From Lama glama (Eukaryota), in contig CM052817.1 in the NCBI GenBank assembly GCA_028534125.1, forward strand, positions 43,402,001 through 43,466,000: a stretch of DNA of 64,000 bases. Reading direction: 5' to 3'. Shown here in pieces: positions 1-14,600 of the stretch (the stretch's first letter is position 1; each line of letters opens with the position of its first letter). The position numbers and the translations under genes are program-made. The notes under the pieces are model-generated. The model searched no databases, was not told where the DNA came from, and saw nothing but the letters and a program-made list of their open reading frames with translations.

Positions 1-929
1 GAAGGGAGAGCTCTGACATTTAAAAGGAATCAAATTCATGAATACATTTCCACTTAGGGGAGACAGGAAAGGAGAGATTGCTGATTAAATGCTACAGAAA
101 GGACTGGGTGTGGGGCTGGTGGTGTGGGAGGGGCAGGGAAGCCCTGCTCCATTAGAATTGGAGAGGGGCTCCCGAGAGTAAATATCTTCCTCTCTGGTCT
201 ACTTAGAATTTCTAGAAATAGGAGGATTGAGACACACTGGTGAGGGTGGGAGAGAACATAGGCTAGGGAGTCAAGCCTGGTGGAAAAGGGCAGGTGAAGG
301 AAGTAACCCAGACCAGGGGAGCCCCCGCTCTCCCAAGAGGAGGCAGCAGGGTGATCCCCTATGGGTTGTCCCCTAAGTGGCGCTCGCTTGGCCTTGGCAT
401 CCAGGATTTAAGCCCAGTGAAGGCTGAGACTGTAAAAAACAGAAAAGGCGAATTTGGGGCAGGCTCACACAGGACGTGACACAGCCTGGGGTCAGAGAAG
501 AGCCCGGGCTGTGACTTACCAGCCACTGGCGGGGCCTCGCACAGAGCTCCGAGCCCTTTGGAGCTCTGTGCCGCGTGCATGCCGTTGCCCAACACAACAG
601 GCAAGAGTCTGCCCTGTCATCTTTGGAGAGATATGGTCAGCAACCTGACAGAATTCTGGCAGAAGCAGTTAGCTCATGAATTACTTATCAAACATCTCAT
701 GCAGCCAAGGTATCTGGAGCGTTGATCTGCATACTTCCCCCAGGAACTTTGGGACAAAAGGGGAGAGCAGCTGCTTGAATTTGCATTTGGGATTTTGGCC
801 AATCTGTCCATCCTTCCCCACACCTTCCCACCATGCACACAGCACTCCCTCCTCCACCCTCACCTTGGACCCGGGCATGGTCTGCCTCCCTCATCTCCCC
901 CCAGGTCACCCCCCAGCTCATCCACCTGG

Positions 930-1290
930 CTGTCTCCTTCACTTGCTCTGCCCCAGCCACACTGGTCTCCTTGCAGCACCTGGAACAGGGTGGGCCTGAT
1001 CCCATCTGAGGATGTTAACACTCCCTGGTCCCCTGTCTGGCATGTTCCTTTCTTATATGTCAGCATGGCTGGTCCCTCACTTTCTTCAGATCTGTGCTCA
1101 AATGTCATCTTCTTAGGGAGGCCTTCCCTCACCTCCTTGCTCCCTGCGCACCAGGAATGCCCTTATTTCAGCCCCTAACTCATCACCACTGACATATGGT
1201 ATCTTTGCCGGATTGTTTGCTTACTGTCTGACTCCCTGCATCAGGGCAAGTACTTCCCTGTTCTGCTGTTTCCCTGGTTCAATGAATGAA
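930..1290 (+). mobile_element. L2 LINE 3' fragment (ancient)
   Basis: L2-like motifs ctcaaatgtcatcttcttagggaggccttccct and terminal aatgaatgaa; boundaries approximate. Confidence 0.6.
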
Positions 1291-2448
1291 GAATCTGTAG
1301 CCTAAAATCCATAGAAAACCAATGATCTAAATTTCCTGCAAGCTGACACTGCTTCTGTGAGGTACAAATAAAGACAGTTCTACCCTTAGATTGTTTATTC
1401 AGCAAATACCTCTTGTCCCTTATCACATCTATTCAAGCTGCCAAGTTCCATAGGTTCTTCCCCTGAAATTAACTCACTCCTTCCTCCCTTCCTCCCTTCC
1501 ACCAGCCACCGTTTACTGAATACTTACTAGGTACTAGGTGTTACCTCATTTTACTATTCCACTGCTGCCCCTCCAGGTGAAGCCTCACTAGCTTCTATGT
1601 GGCCAAAAGTGACATTTCCTAACTACCATCACCATCTCCTTTTTCTTTCTTTCAGGTCATCCTCTTGGGCAGTAGATGAATTTCACTTCCCTCCCCTGTT
1701 CAAAATTCTGCAGTGACTCCCTATTGCCTATTGAATTAAATAGGGATTACTTATCGCCGTTTTGAAGACCCTCCATAAAATCTCAATCTACCCAAGGGCC
1801 CCATTGATGACTATTTTCAGAATATATGCTTTAGCTAAACTGGCCCACTCGTAATTTTTTTGAATGTGCCCTCATGCTGTTCCTATCTCTGGAAATAACA
1901 CAATTTCTGTCTGCCCAAATTCTGTCTTTCAAGGGCACTCTTCAATGCCACCTCTGTGCACCCTCCCACCTGATGTAGCCGCTTCCACTTCTGAACTCCT
2001 ATGATACTAGGTTTATACGGTTCTTAAATTACCTACCACACTCTTCCCTTATATATGGTTATATGCAGAGGATCCTTATCTCATCCAATAGAGAATTCTA
2101 AAGGGTGAGGGTTGTATTTAATTTTTCATTTTTTTTCCTCTGTAGCAGCTAAACCAGAATCTTACTCAAAATGCATGCTCATTGGTTACTTGTTGAATTC
2201 CAGTTATGGAGACAAGACTGTTTATATCAAATTATAATTTTTAGTTCTACATCCAGCAAGTAATTATTAAGCATCTACTGTGTGCTAAGTATAATGCAAG
2301 GTGGTAGATAATGGTCAGAACTAGTGATGCAAAAAGAAATACTAATAAAGGCAGATTCGAGGTGAACGTGTATGCATGATGTGGGTGCCCCCAGCACTTT
2401 GGTAAATCCCAGCTTTGTGTTTGATGATGTCAGAGATGACGGGCTTAC

Positions 2449-2628
2449 CTGGTGATGCCGTGTGTTCCAGGTGGCCCAGCTGGGGCTGTCTGGTGATTCT
2501 GTAGATCAGTTCTGCAGGGTCCGTCTCCTGGTCAGTGGCAGAGAGCTGCAGAGTGGTGATTTTCTTCACTGAGTTTTCATCCAAGACCAGCCCTTTATTG
2601 GTGGTGATGACTGGTGGGGATTTGTCTT
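2449..2628 (-). CDS. FRAS1: FRAS1 exon, 180 nt, phase 1/1 (about human exon 47): (E)[22 protein letters not shown]...HLEHTASP(G)
   Basis: Acceptor gatattttcAG|AA; donor CCAG|GTAAGC; ORF track 2342..2641. Confidence 0.95.
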
Positions 2629-5600
2629 CTGAAAATATCAAAATCAGTGATCTGAAATGGGATCATTTTCAGCCTCCTTTCTTCAGTTCTGGACCTGAGG
2701 ATCAAAATAGCCCTCAAGCCTGTCCCTCAGAGAGTGCCTCAAGGAGCCACAGTGTCACACAACTGAGGGGATATAATTCCAGATTTCCACACCAGCCGCT
2801 AAAGGAAAGGGTCAAGCCTCAAGGTGAGCCCAGTCTGCACCCCGCAGACTGCTGGATGCAGACTGCTGCACAACCTCAGAACTGCTGGATGATGTTTAGA
2901 AACCCAATGCCCCCTTACCCAAAACACTGATGGAAAATGACTGGTCAGTCAATTTGTTGCCTTCTCCATCAACCACATCATATTTAAAAGCAAAGCTCCC
3001 GGTAGATTCTCCTTTCCTGTGACTGTATTCTATGCGGCCTGTAAAAAGGACAAGAAAATCAAAATTGCTATTAGTGCTTTCTGCCCTTACTTCTGAAGTG
3101 TCAGGCGAGAATTTGATTGGTATTCCCACCAATGAATCAATTAACCCCTTCTCACTTTGACATTGCTTTCGACATTTTAATCTAACATTTTCATTTCCTC
3201 CCTTTGGTCTCCCACTAGTGGCTTCCTCGTGACTGATGATCCCCGATGATAAAACCCCCCAAGCAGCAAGTAGCATTGCTTATGGTTGAGGCACAGAGTT
3301 TGAGGAAGACGCTAAGGAGGTTTCACGAACAGATACATCAGTAAAACTGCCCACGTGGAAAATGCGCACTGAACTGGACCTACATCACTGCTGTGGACCT
3401 GTTATATATCCAAGTCACAGGGCAAGAGGACAGACAGCTGCAGCTCACATTCTCCCAGAATGTGTCACTCCCATTTCTCAGTACAGTCGTAAATCATTTG
3501 GGGAACAACGTGGGATGTAACCAACCACCAAAGAAATAGATAAACAAAATAAACTCCACATAGAAGTCAAAAGGATTCCAAGGGAAAAATGCAATCTATT
3601 ACAATTTTATTAACCCACAGCATCACATATAAGTACCTAGCAAGGTAAATACAACCAAACATCTGAGAAGAGATGCCTGCTCTCATACTCTAAAAAGAGA
3701 CACTGAAGTGAGGAATAATGAAGGAATTAGTTCCCTCCCTTCACTCAAGTACAGACAGGTCCAGTGAGGTTTTGGCTGCTACAATTTTAGGTGCTGGTGC
3801 ACAGACAGGACCTTTATTTTCCCCCCATAGGAGGGCATATTTCCACAACTAAATGAAACTGCACATCATCACATGGCGTTGGATTGCTTTCCTCCCCACT
3901 ATGTAACTTTACTTTCCTTTCTCACCCCGGAAAGCACTGTACAGTAACTACGTAGCATTTAACACTTATGCTTTTACGTTACATCAGCATTTCCTGGAGG
4001 AGGGATGAGCTATGTAATCTCCCTCAGGCAGTTCCGATTTATGCCCTTCCATTTTGCTTAGTTCATTAACTTGTGCTCTTTGGGGAGCTGAAAAAGAGAT
4101 ATAAATTGTTCACCTAAGGCAGGCATAATTTTCACCTTAATCCATCCCAATTCACTTCTTTCTCCTTTCTTTCTCCCTCACACACACCTTTTTTTAGCAT
4201 CACAGCAAGTCAAAATGATTTTTTTCCTCCATAATAGCCCCTAGTTTCATCAAGGCTATGTCAAGGCATGAACACATTTTAGCCCAGAAGGAGAGTTTTT
4301 TAAAAAACAAAAAAACTGAGGAGTCAAGAAAGAACAAATGAAGCTCTAACTCAGCCCTTAATTCCAAACAAAAGTGCGCTGTTTGCCGCCATAGGCCACC
4401 AGGCGCAACTCCCATTTTACTACTAGGGGTGGAGTCTCTGGAAGGCTGGGCAGCAGAAGGAAGCGGCTGACCTTGGCTGATGTCGGCCTGGGTGAAACTC
4501 TGGATGGGGCCTTTAACGGAGATCTGCTCCAGGCTGTCATGCTTTACCATGTGCAGGCGCCCTGCACTGGGATCTTCCTTCAAGACGTACATTACCTGAC
4601 GGTCATCTGAGTCAGTATCTGTCACTTTCAAGTGCTGTTCTGTGATGGGTGCTACCGACCCTGGAAGAGAATGGGAGACAGTGGGTCATTCTCCATCATT
4701 GCTTTTGAATAGGAGGTCAGATGACTTTAGGAGACCGGAGACTAAATTACCCACCTTCCCTGGGTCTAAGGAAGTATCAGCTGCCTGCCCTTCTGTTTCC
4801 AGCTGAATAAATTTTAATCTCCCTACGTGAAACAATCCCAACTTCCCAATTTGCTAATCATCCCTTGAGTGTGGATCTGAGCCCCTCTTCTCTTCTGATC
4901 TGTTTTCACTCTCTCCCTGTGCTCGCTGTACTCCTGGGACCTTTCAGTTAGGACCTAGATCCATGAAACAACTCCTAGTTCTGTGATGTTCATGACTCCC
5001 AGACCAATGAAGAAACCAGCTTGGACCTAACTGACTTACTGTCTTGAGGATCACCAAAGCCTAACAAAACAGCTGTGCGTAAACACACAAACGTATCTGG
5101 TTGCCATCTCTGACCAAATGGTCAGAATCACTGTTCCTTAAAACAAGGACACGGTGAGGGCCTCGAAACAGGGAGACCTGAGTGCTGGGCCCTATAAGGC
5201 TGCACAGGGGCTGGGGATGGAGGCAAGGCACTACCTACCCGCAAACGCCTCTTCTCAGGGCCGTCCCCTCTGCTTTCCTTTCTAGCCATTTTCTCATTTC
5301 TCATATCACAGTAAATCCTGATAAAGTAGGTCCTAGCCACTCATGTGGAATGCATCCTGGTGTTTGGAGAGACAGTCCTCCATGGGCCCTGAGCATCCCT
5401 GCGTGTTCTTGCTGGGCCATGCCGAGAACGCAAGGCTGGACCACTCACTGCCAGTCTCAGCAAGCAGCCCCATGTGATGAGGTGATGCCTTCCTCTGGGA
5501 CAAAGATCGGGCTTGCTTTTTGCTACTAGAACACGGGCAGCTCCCCAAGCTCAGTGGTCCTCTTCCGTAAATGCATAGCAGTGCACATGAAGGTGTTCCC

Positions 5601-8600
5601 CTGGGGCCTCTGCATCACCCCAGCAGACGTGGAGGGCCTTGGGAATCAATGCAAACTTGCTGACGGCGATGCTGCCTGCTGTGCTGTAACCAAGGACTTT
5701 GTCTATGACCAGGCAGTCTCGGGTCCTCTACCAGCATCCATGAAACAGTAATAGGCTGACTTACTAGCTTGTAAATAGGGCAAAGTTAAGCCCCAGACCT
5801 AATACTTGGGACCCTTGGGAATCTCCAAATTTTCAAACACCATCATACCGTACATTTTACACTACAAAATATATGTGAAACTGAGAACAGACAAGCGAAG
5901 AGAACTCCAGGGGGATACAGATGGTCTGTGGGCAAAAGGCCTGCTTTCTAATTAAGTAACTCCCTACTGCAAACTGACTCCAAGACTGATACTTCAGTGT
6001 TGCTTCTCCTTAAGAAAAATTGCAAACGTTAGACCCTAGAATCCCATAGCTAATGGCTCCCAATTATTTGCATAATCTCTCTTGGTGCATGATGACCTCC
6101 CAAGTGTCCTCTCCATGCACTTTTTCTTTTTTCAAATTAAGCATCTTGAAAATCCTGCTAGGTTTTGCTGTTCGTTCCTGTGAGGTTGGTTGGGCAGTGG
6201 CAGTGTTCTAAGAGACCCGGGCCTATGAGTAGCTGGATAAAGTAAGATTTTTGAGGACCCTGGAAATCCTATAAACTCTTCTCAATCTTTTTGTAGATTC
6301 ATGGACAGAGGCATCTGGTCCAAAGAACTCTGGAGATTCACATTTATCACACACAACTCTTAGTGTCCCCAATATAACAGTTCTCCCCAACACTAGTCTC
6401 CCCTAATTCTGCACACCCAGTCCACGATCGTCCTGCAGAGCTGACATGGAAGGAAGCACTGCCCACCAACAGAGAAGAAACCACGGCCATGCTCTTCCAT
6501 TCCCGTGGTACCTGCTGAGAGTCGGAGGCCTCGGTTTACAGCCAAGCGAGGAGTGTCACCTGCAGGCAGCTCTATGTATATCTCCATCCTCCCTGTGTCT
6601 GTGTGGAGGCCATCAGTGATGGAGAACTGGAACTCATCCACTGCCACACCAGGACCACTAGGCATGTACCAGACCCGCCCGGCCAGGATGTCCTGGTAGG
6701 TGAAGGAGGAGCCCTGGGCCAAAAACCTCCCATTCTCCAGAGGTTCAGAAGCAGTTTGCCTCCAGAGTAGATGACCTGAGGAAGGAAGTTAAAAAAGAAA
6801 AAAGAAAAAGAAAGAAAGAAGGAAAACAATGGTAGATAGAGTATGTATGGCATCAAAACTGTCTGAACTCGTCAGCTCCTTTGAGCCTGGGTAGAGGCTC
6901 TGGGTGGCACACACATAAATGACCAACAAGTCAGCATTTGATATAGAAGCACAGGGCACTGCTCTATGGTCTCATCTCCAAATAAAGCAGATAAAGTTCC
7001 ACTTGTCTGGGTGAACAACCTCTTAAGGAGACCTGGATGGATGTGGTAATATGGTGACTTAAGAATCAAGTCTCTCTTCATGAATTTGAACACACTTCGT
7101 TATCTACACCCTATTTTCCCCTTCTACAAGGTGAAAACAGCACTTTTCACTTGCTGACTTCCTACTAGGGAATCTGGGACAGGAGACAGGAAAATTCCTT
7201 TTAAATTTAGAAAGACACTGAGAATCTTTGGGCTGAGGCATATTTTTCTGTTTTCAAGGGCCATGTGCAGGGCAATGGACAGTTAAAGTGCTTCATTAAA
7301 GAAAGTAAAAGCAAGCTAAAATGCAATGACAAACAGCCTCTCCTATAACTCTCCATCAACAGCAACAGTTTCATCTTTAAAAGACCAACAGGCATTTGGA
7401 TGTACTAAGACATAACTTGGGAAGCGAAAGTGCCAGACTTGAGCTCATACCAAGGGCACGACCCTTAGAAAAGAGGTAGGTAGACGATTCCCATGGTGGT
7501 TTTTACCTCTCTGCTTTAATCAGGAAAAGTGCTTTCTCTGCAAAAGGAACAAGCTTATAAGGATGTCTACCACGCCTCTAACCTGAAGTGAACACCTTTT
7601 GTAATTAATTACAAGGCTGCTAAGCTGTTCCTTGCATGAAATGGCCCAGGAATATCAAGCAATGACACCTACAGCAAGAAGAGGATGTGCAGATTCTGAA
7701 AACTTGTTTTGCCTGAGTTTACACAGGAAAGCAAGAAAACAGCTGAAATTGAATTTCAGAGACACCAATTACCCAGGATTCAGGCTTTTAGAGCAACCAG
7801 TGTCTACTGTGACCCCAAAGAATATTAGCTTGCTGTGAATTTGATTATACTTTGATGCAAAGAATGGACTAGACTCAGGCAAGGCAGGGGAATGATCAGC
7901 GAAATCTATGTGTTCATTCTAATAACCCATCGGGCACCTCAGTGAAGAAGTTTCCCATAGCAATTGGGTCCTACCATGGCCAGGCTTTTTCGTCAATACG
8001 AAAATCAGCTCATTATCTGGAGTGTCCAGGTCTTGCACGTTCAGAGAGGAATTGCTTATCACCACTCCTGAGCTCAGCTGCACGCCGAGGGGCCGCAAAG
8101 TCATCCTGGGAGGCTCGTCGTTCTTCCTCTGATGAAAGCATATAAAACATCACACAGACACTGGTTTAAGAAGGACAAGAAGAAGGAAAAAAACAACGCA
8201 CATCCTGCAGAGAAAGTAACACCATCACATCAGCTTTTACTGTTGAGATAGCATTTACTCTGTTGCCGTCTCCCATTCTCAATCAAAATGGTTAATTTGG
8301 AAGGTGAGCAGGTTATACAAACCAAACGGCCCCTTGAAAAGAAACTGATGGGCATGCCACAGAAATCCCAGATATTTCCCATAGGTACAATGGTGACATT
8401 TTCCAGACCAAAAATATGGAAATGGGTTAGACAAGCACAAGTATGTGCGGGGCATAAAAGGGCACTTTATTTGAAAGCAGAACTGTCTCAGAACCCCAAG
8501 CATATCCCAGTGCCTGTAGGAGGACACGTATTTGAAACTGTGGGTGTCTCCCTGACCACCCCCTGTGCCAGCCCTCCCCACTACTGTCCCTGAAGGATGC

Positions 8601-11600
8601 TGAGGGCACCACGTCTAATTTTCGCAAGTCAGAGGACATTCCATTCTCAGTTTTAACTTTTATCTTTATCTCTCCCTAGGGTGACAGAGCAAGCCTATGT
8701 AGTTGCTCAAATGAGACTAAATACAGCATCAAGGGACACATTTCTTTAACATTACAATGTAATGAATAAATGCGTTAAAATATAAGAAAAGGCAAGTATG
8801 CACACAGAACCACAACAATAATTTCAGGAAAAAAAAAACGTATGTTATTTTTCACCCAATATGAGACTGGCAAGATTTCTCTGTCTGACCTTCATAAAGT
8901 ATTTTCACAACAGAACAGATAGATTTTACCCTGAAATGGAAATTTAGATTTCCAAGTCAGACCATCCCCAAATGCCAGCCTTAATTCTACACGATTTCTA
9001 AAGGTCAGGGTTATATTTTTTAAATTGACCTCAAAAATTGAAGGTTAAAGCCAAGCATTCTTGCTTTTGAGTTCATATAAAGGTACCTAAAGGTGGGACA
9101 TTGTGGTCAAAGGCCCAACTTTTCCAACTTCCAAAGTCTTTACCTCAATGGTGATGTTAATGCTGTGAACTTCTGATCGACTGTTTCCATCACTCACATA
9201 AAAACTGAAAATATCGTAGGTTGGCTCAATGCTTTCATGAACACTCTGAAAGTAATAAATGTAGTTTTCCAGGACATCTTGAATAGGGAACGATGCCTCT
9301 GAGTCACTAGTAGTTCCAGGGCCAAAACGATCACCTGCATCAACAGTAAGAGGGAACTTTTACTTTGATCTGTCACTTCCTGCTTACTAGGCTGAACTGG
9401 AAAACATGACAGTGTTATCAACGGAAGATGAAAACACACTTGAGAAGAAAGGTGGCAGAGTGGAACTGGAAGACTTGGAGTGGGATCCCAGCTTCCCCGC
9501 CATTTCTTATCTATAAATGGGAATCAATAAGATACCAGGTATGAAAGCACTCAGAATGCTATTTCTTATAGCACAGAATCAGTGGCTGTTTTGTTAGACA
9601 TCTTTGATAAAGTAAGTCCTGGGGCAAGCAAGGATACGACAGCAGAAGTTCCACCTTAACTGTAGTCAATTTCAGAACCACTCTGCAAGAGGAACCCTCT
9701 TTCTCCATAGAAGAAAAGGTGAACTGTGTACCTTTGTAAACAGAGACCTCTAAGAAACATCTCCTCAAGCATGTTTTCACTGGACCCTTCAGTTCTATAA
9801 GGGAACCTCTGCCTGGGTTAATGCTCAGCCCCGGGGATGGCACACCAGGGCTACAGTGATGACCAGGGACCGTCTGGAGCGCAGGTGCACCTCAGGTGCT
9901 GGGATGCATGTCAGGTACCACTCAGAGCTCCACAGAATGTGCTGGCTCTGGCTAACTCTTCTTTTCATTCCAACTCGAAAGGCCAAGAGGAAGAGCAAGC
10001 GCATTTAAATGATCGATGACTTGTCTCTTACTTGGTCTAAGTCTTTCTAATTGATTGATTTTAAATGGTTACATTTTCTTCTAAAGGGAGGAGAAAAAAG
10101 AAACCCTGTGTCTTCAAATACTCCCTGGATATACATCAACAAAGGAAAGTGTAGATAGTGGATCTGAAAGCAACAAGACTTTCTCTTTCCCTCTTTCATG
10201 GTCCTTTGCAGAGATTAGGTCATAAATTAAAAGGCCATTGATTTCCTGAATTGTATACAGGGTCATTTTTTGTCAACCTCCCAACGGAAAGACTAAGAAT
10301 GAAAATGTTTTATTTACAATTTCTTTGAAATGAGAACTTGAGACAATTTTTTTCTTAGATAACACGAGTTTTCTTAAATTTTACTACTCAGATTTGATTC
10401 CTCTTGGCACCAGAAGCATAGAGGAGTCTAAGTGACCAGTGACCTGATAAGCCCTAGGGCATACAGTTTAGGGTTTCTGGAAAGAATTGCTGTAATTCCT
10501 TCAAACTTTTATTTTCTCTTTCCATTGCTCACTATAAATATAAGAAATACGTCTTCTTTATTTGGGTCAAAAATAGCCTAAGTAAATGATGCCTGAAAAT
10601 CTGCTCAAACAGCATCATGACTTACTTTCTGCCATTAGAAAACAAGCTATTCAACAAGTGCACCTGTCAGGGAGGCTTCAAGCACCAGCTCTTTCAATTT
10701 TTAAAATAACACCTTCTATTTTTTTTTAAGTAAATCGTTCTCATTAATGTGCTTCCTTGCCTTCTTAAAAAGAATATACTACGTGCAAATCAAACAGTTC
10801 CCGATGCACGCAGGCTGTCATTCTGCATCGTGCTGGAACACAGTGATGTCTGACAGGTAATCAAGGTGGGCCCCGTCCTGATTGTGCTGGTACTAAAGCG
10901 ATGTAGATTCCACGCTGCTGGATTTCATACCAAACATGATTTTTCAGTTTCTTCTGCTTTGCTGGTATGAAGCTAAAGCTACTTCTTCTAATGTTTTCAA
11001 AAAGACATTCTTCTAATCAGCTGAATTCTGAATCTAGGTAGCCCATTTCATACACATATGAAACAGACTAGGCTGTGAACACCCATAGAGCAAATGGTGG
11101 GTCTTTACATTATTTGCTCCCCTGAACATCTTTCCCTTACTTCTAAGTTCATACTAATGTAGAGCAGCGGTTCTCCAAGTGGTCCTTGGACCAGCAGCAA
11201 TGGCGTCGCAGGTGAGCTGGTGAGAAATGCAAATGCATGCGTCTCACCAACCTCCTCAAACAAGAGCTCAGGGGTGGCTGCCCGGGAAGCTGTGTTTGCA
11301 CAAGCTCTCCAGGTGAGTCGTATGCACATTAAAGTTTGAGAACCACTTTTAGAGAGGCTGAGATGCACCAGAAATTTGACTTCTGGGCCACTGAAACACC
11401 CCTCTGCATGCACTCCAGGTTAACGTTAAACAGTGTTAGGGAGGCTTAGAAAGCAACCCCCTGGAGAGAAGAGAGGGCCTGGGCAACCATCCTTTCACCA
11501 TTTCCCACCTTTGCTCGTGTTCTTCCCTCTGTGAGAAATGCCATTCTCTCTCTGCCCACAGCGACTCCCACTAACCCTTCAAGTTCCAACTCAAATGTCA

Positions 11601-14600
11601 CTTCCTCAGACTTTCCTGCCTTCCCAGCCAAAAGTCACTGTTTCGTCCCATGTGCTTTCTCAGTGCTTTGCTCCTCTCCCTGACCTGATGTCTCATCATC
11701 GTCATTTATCAGTCTTCATATCCGTTTCCCACTTGAGGCAGGAGCTGTGTCTTGTTCGTGTTTACATCCGTCGTATCCAGCACAAACATTCACTGAGATA
11801 AATCTAACTCAGCCATAACCAAATCTAAGGGCACACACTGAAAGGCAAGATGGGGAAAAGACTCAGGATTTTCTATGGGAAAACATAACCCTTGCTAAAT
11901 GAATTTCCAGTAACGGGGCTCAAGTCCCAGGCCCCACGCTGGTGGCAGACGCCTTCAGTCAATGGCCTCTCTGTGGGAACTGCTAGCTACACGCCAATTA
12001 GAGCCAAGCGCTGGCACTCGAGCATCTCTCTGCAGAGCAGCAGCGCAGCAGCCTGCCAGGAGCTGTCTCAACTGCCAGTCACTGCGGTCTCAGGGGCCTG
12101 TGGACGGTACCCGCCTTCTCGCCTCCTCTTCTCTGGGACAACCACCAAGGGCAGTGGGTCCAGGGCAGATGGTGAGGGGGAGGGATGTCGAGGAGAGGGT
12201 CACAGAGACAAGCATGCATTTCAATTCATGTCATGTCCTAGGAAAAAGCTGAGACACAAGCTATGGTTCAGCTGAACTGCAGCTGCCTCACAGTAAAAGG
12301 ACAGAAAATTGTATTTCCTTGACCATCAGTTCCAAGTGCAATCCACGAGCCCCTCTGTCCCCACTGCCAGCTCCCAAACCCTCTTACCCTGCTCTCATTT
12401 TTCCTGTGGTACTGATTTACATCCTAACATCTTACACAACTTTCTCATTTATTAGGTTTCTCATGTCTCCCCCAACCAGGATCTAAGGCACCATGAACAT
12501 AGGGGTTTCTGCCCGTTTTGTTTACTGGTGTATCTTCAGTGCTTAAAAAAGTGCTTGGCCTGCAGGAAAGGCTCAGTCTATTTTCTGTTGAGTCAATGAA
12601 ACCTTCCTTCCTTTCTTCCATCTCTCTGGGATGGTCCCACTCCTCTTCAGGTTAATTGCAGGCAGTGACCCCACCTCCACGCTCCCTTCTCTCCAGGTCC
12701 GGGACGGTTCTACAGCACAGCTACTGCTCGTACCTGTCCCCGTGTTCTCGATGCAGCCGTATCTGGGCAGGGCACTCAGCTTAATGATGGCATCTCCCTG
12801 GAGGTTGTCATGATCATCAGCAGCGAAGAAGTGGTGAAATGAGAGAGGGGCTCTCCCGCCCTCATCAACCTAGGAAAGAGAAGATTGTAGAGAGTCCTTG
12901 GGCGGTTGCACATAACTGCGGTGAAAAAGAACTGAATTAAAAACAGCTGCCTGGGTGACCTTCTAGCAGCGATGCCACTTCTCTGAGAGGCAGGTCCTAT
13001 AGACGGGGATGAGGAAGTGTGCGTGTGCTGGGGCCAGGCAGTCCTTCAGTGCCTCTCAAAGCTGCACTCAGACATGATGACTTTTCTGTTTCCCTTCAAA
13101 GTTGTGCTTCCTTCAGTGATGGATCTGGTTATGAAGCAGCTCTGGCCCATTCTAATCACCCGCCTTGGAACAGCTGCATGACTGGATGCCTGCCCTCCTT
13201 CGTATCAATGTTAAACACCCGCAGCCAGAGAATGAGCCATCCGGTCCTCCCTTGGGGACCGTGAGAGTGACCCTGTCCTATAGGAGCTCCCGTCCGGAGT
13301 ATAGTCCCATTTATTCTCTTACAGTACATGTGTACTGGTGTGCAGGAAGGAAGGGCGCACTATACCTAGTGCTTACCTAATGTCAAGGAGGAAAGTAAAT
13401 CAGAGTAAGTAAAAGCAGTTGCTCTAGCCACCTTTTTCCTTTAGGGCCCTGTTTTGTGTGCTAACTTTGCAACCTGAGCCTGGTGTTTTTTTTTTTGCTA
13501 GCCTGCTGGATGTGAAGCTGCTTATTCTGAATGACTGTTGGTCAAATATGGGAAGATCTACAAGTGACAAAGTGGAAAGTCACCCTGGCTCTGGGAATGC
13601 GGAAGGTCCAAATGGCTTCCCCAAGGTGTGGAAATGAAATGAAAAAAATGGGTGGAATATGGGAACCATTTCGAAACAACTTCATTCTCTGACTTTTCAG
13701 TTGCTTGACAAAACCAGAAAAATCCTGAGTTTTAGGAAGTGTGGTGTGTACACAGAACAGAACTGGGAAAGTGGATTAACTTTTATGGAGTTCCTACTGT
13801 GTGCCAGCATGGTGCCAGGGCTCTTGAATTCTATTTTATTAATCATCAGAGCAATCCTCTGTGTAACAGGAACAGTGTTCCTTTAAAATTAGGAAATTGA
13901 GGCTAAGAAAGATTATGTAATTGGTCCAAGGCCACTCAGCTAGTCACAGAACCAGCACTTGAACTCAGGTCGGGGGTAACTTTATGATTAAGACGCATTA
14001 TCTAGCCTCCTACGCTCCCCACCCCAAGAAACTGTCAATACTATTTACAGTGAAAAGTATCAACTTGATTCAAGAAGTGACCTGGGGACACTGTCCATAT
14101 CCCTGTTTTAGTTGCTGCAAACATTAGACTATAAATTCTTCAAAGATATATTCCTACTCCACTACACACCTAGCCTGGTACACAAAATACTATACACATC
14201 TCGAGTCATGTCTGGCACATAAATATTTGTAGACTACTAAAACTAATGCGGATATAATGATTTGATCTTCTGCATATCACTATTTGCATACTTTCTGAAA
14301 AACTCACAATTGAAAACCAAGCATATCTTGATACTATGATACAGATATTTGGGGGGAAGGACGTGACAGCCAATTTAGGTAGACATCTTTTATTCACATT
14401 GCCACACATTCCAGCTCTCGGCAGCACCCACTGTTCACTGATCCGAGAACTGTTTACCGTGATAAGGTCAGCAAACGCAATGACGGGGGGTGGGTCCCGG
14501 ACAGGAGTGATGGTGATGGTGAACAGCTGATTGTCCAGACGGTTGCTGTCCTTATCAGAGACAGAGAAGTGGAAGCTATCGGTAACCAGATGACCACCGG

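Noticed and set aside
106..138. G-quadruplex-like G-run cluster
   Set aside because: Requires a 10-nt loop, is a common motif class, and has no nearby feature suggesting function.
294..1178. Cluster of overlapping 60-127 aa ORFs
   Set aside because: GC-richer intronic and L2-derived sequence with few stops; no recognisable protein similarity or FRAS1-like peptide.
4200..4471. Open frame continuing about 90 codons past the 189-nt exon donor (GQPLPSAAQ...HFDLL)
   Set aside because: A canonical in-phase donor joins to the next exon. The tail has an unremarkable F/L-rich composition typical of T-rich intron sequence, and nothing else supports an alternative terminal exon.
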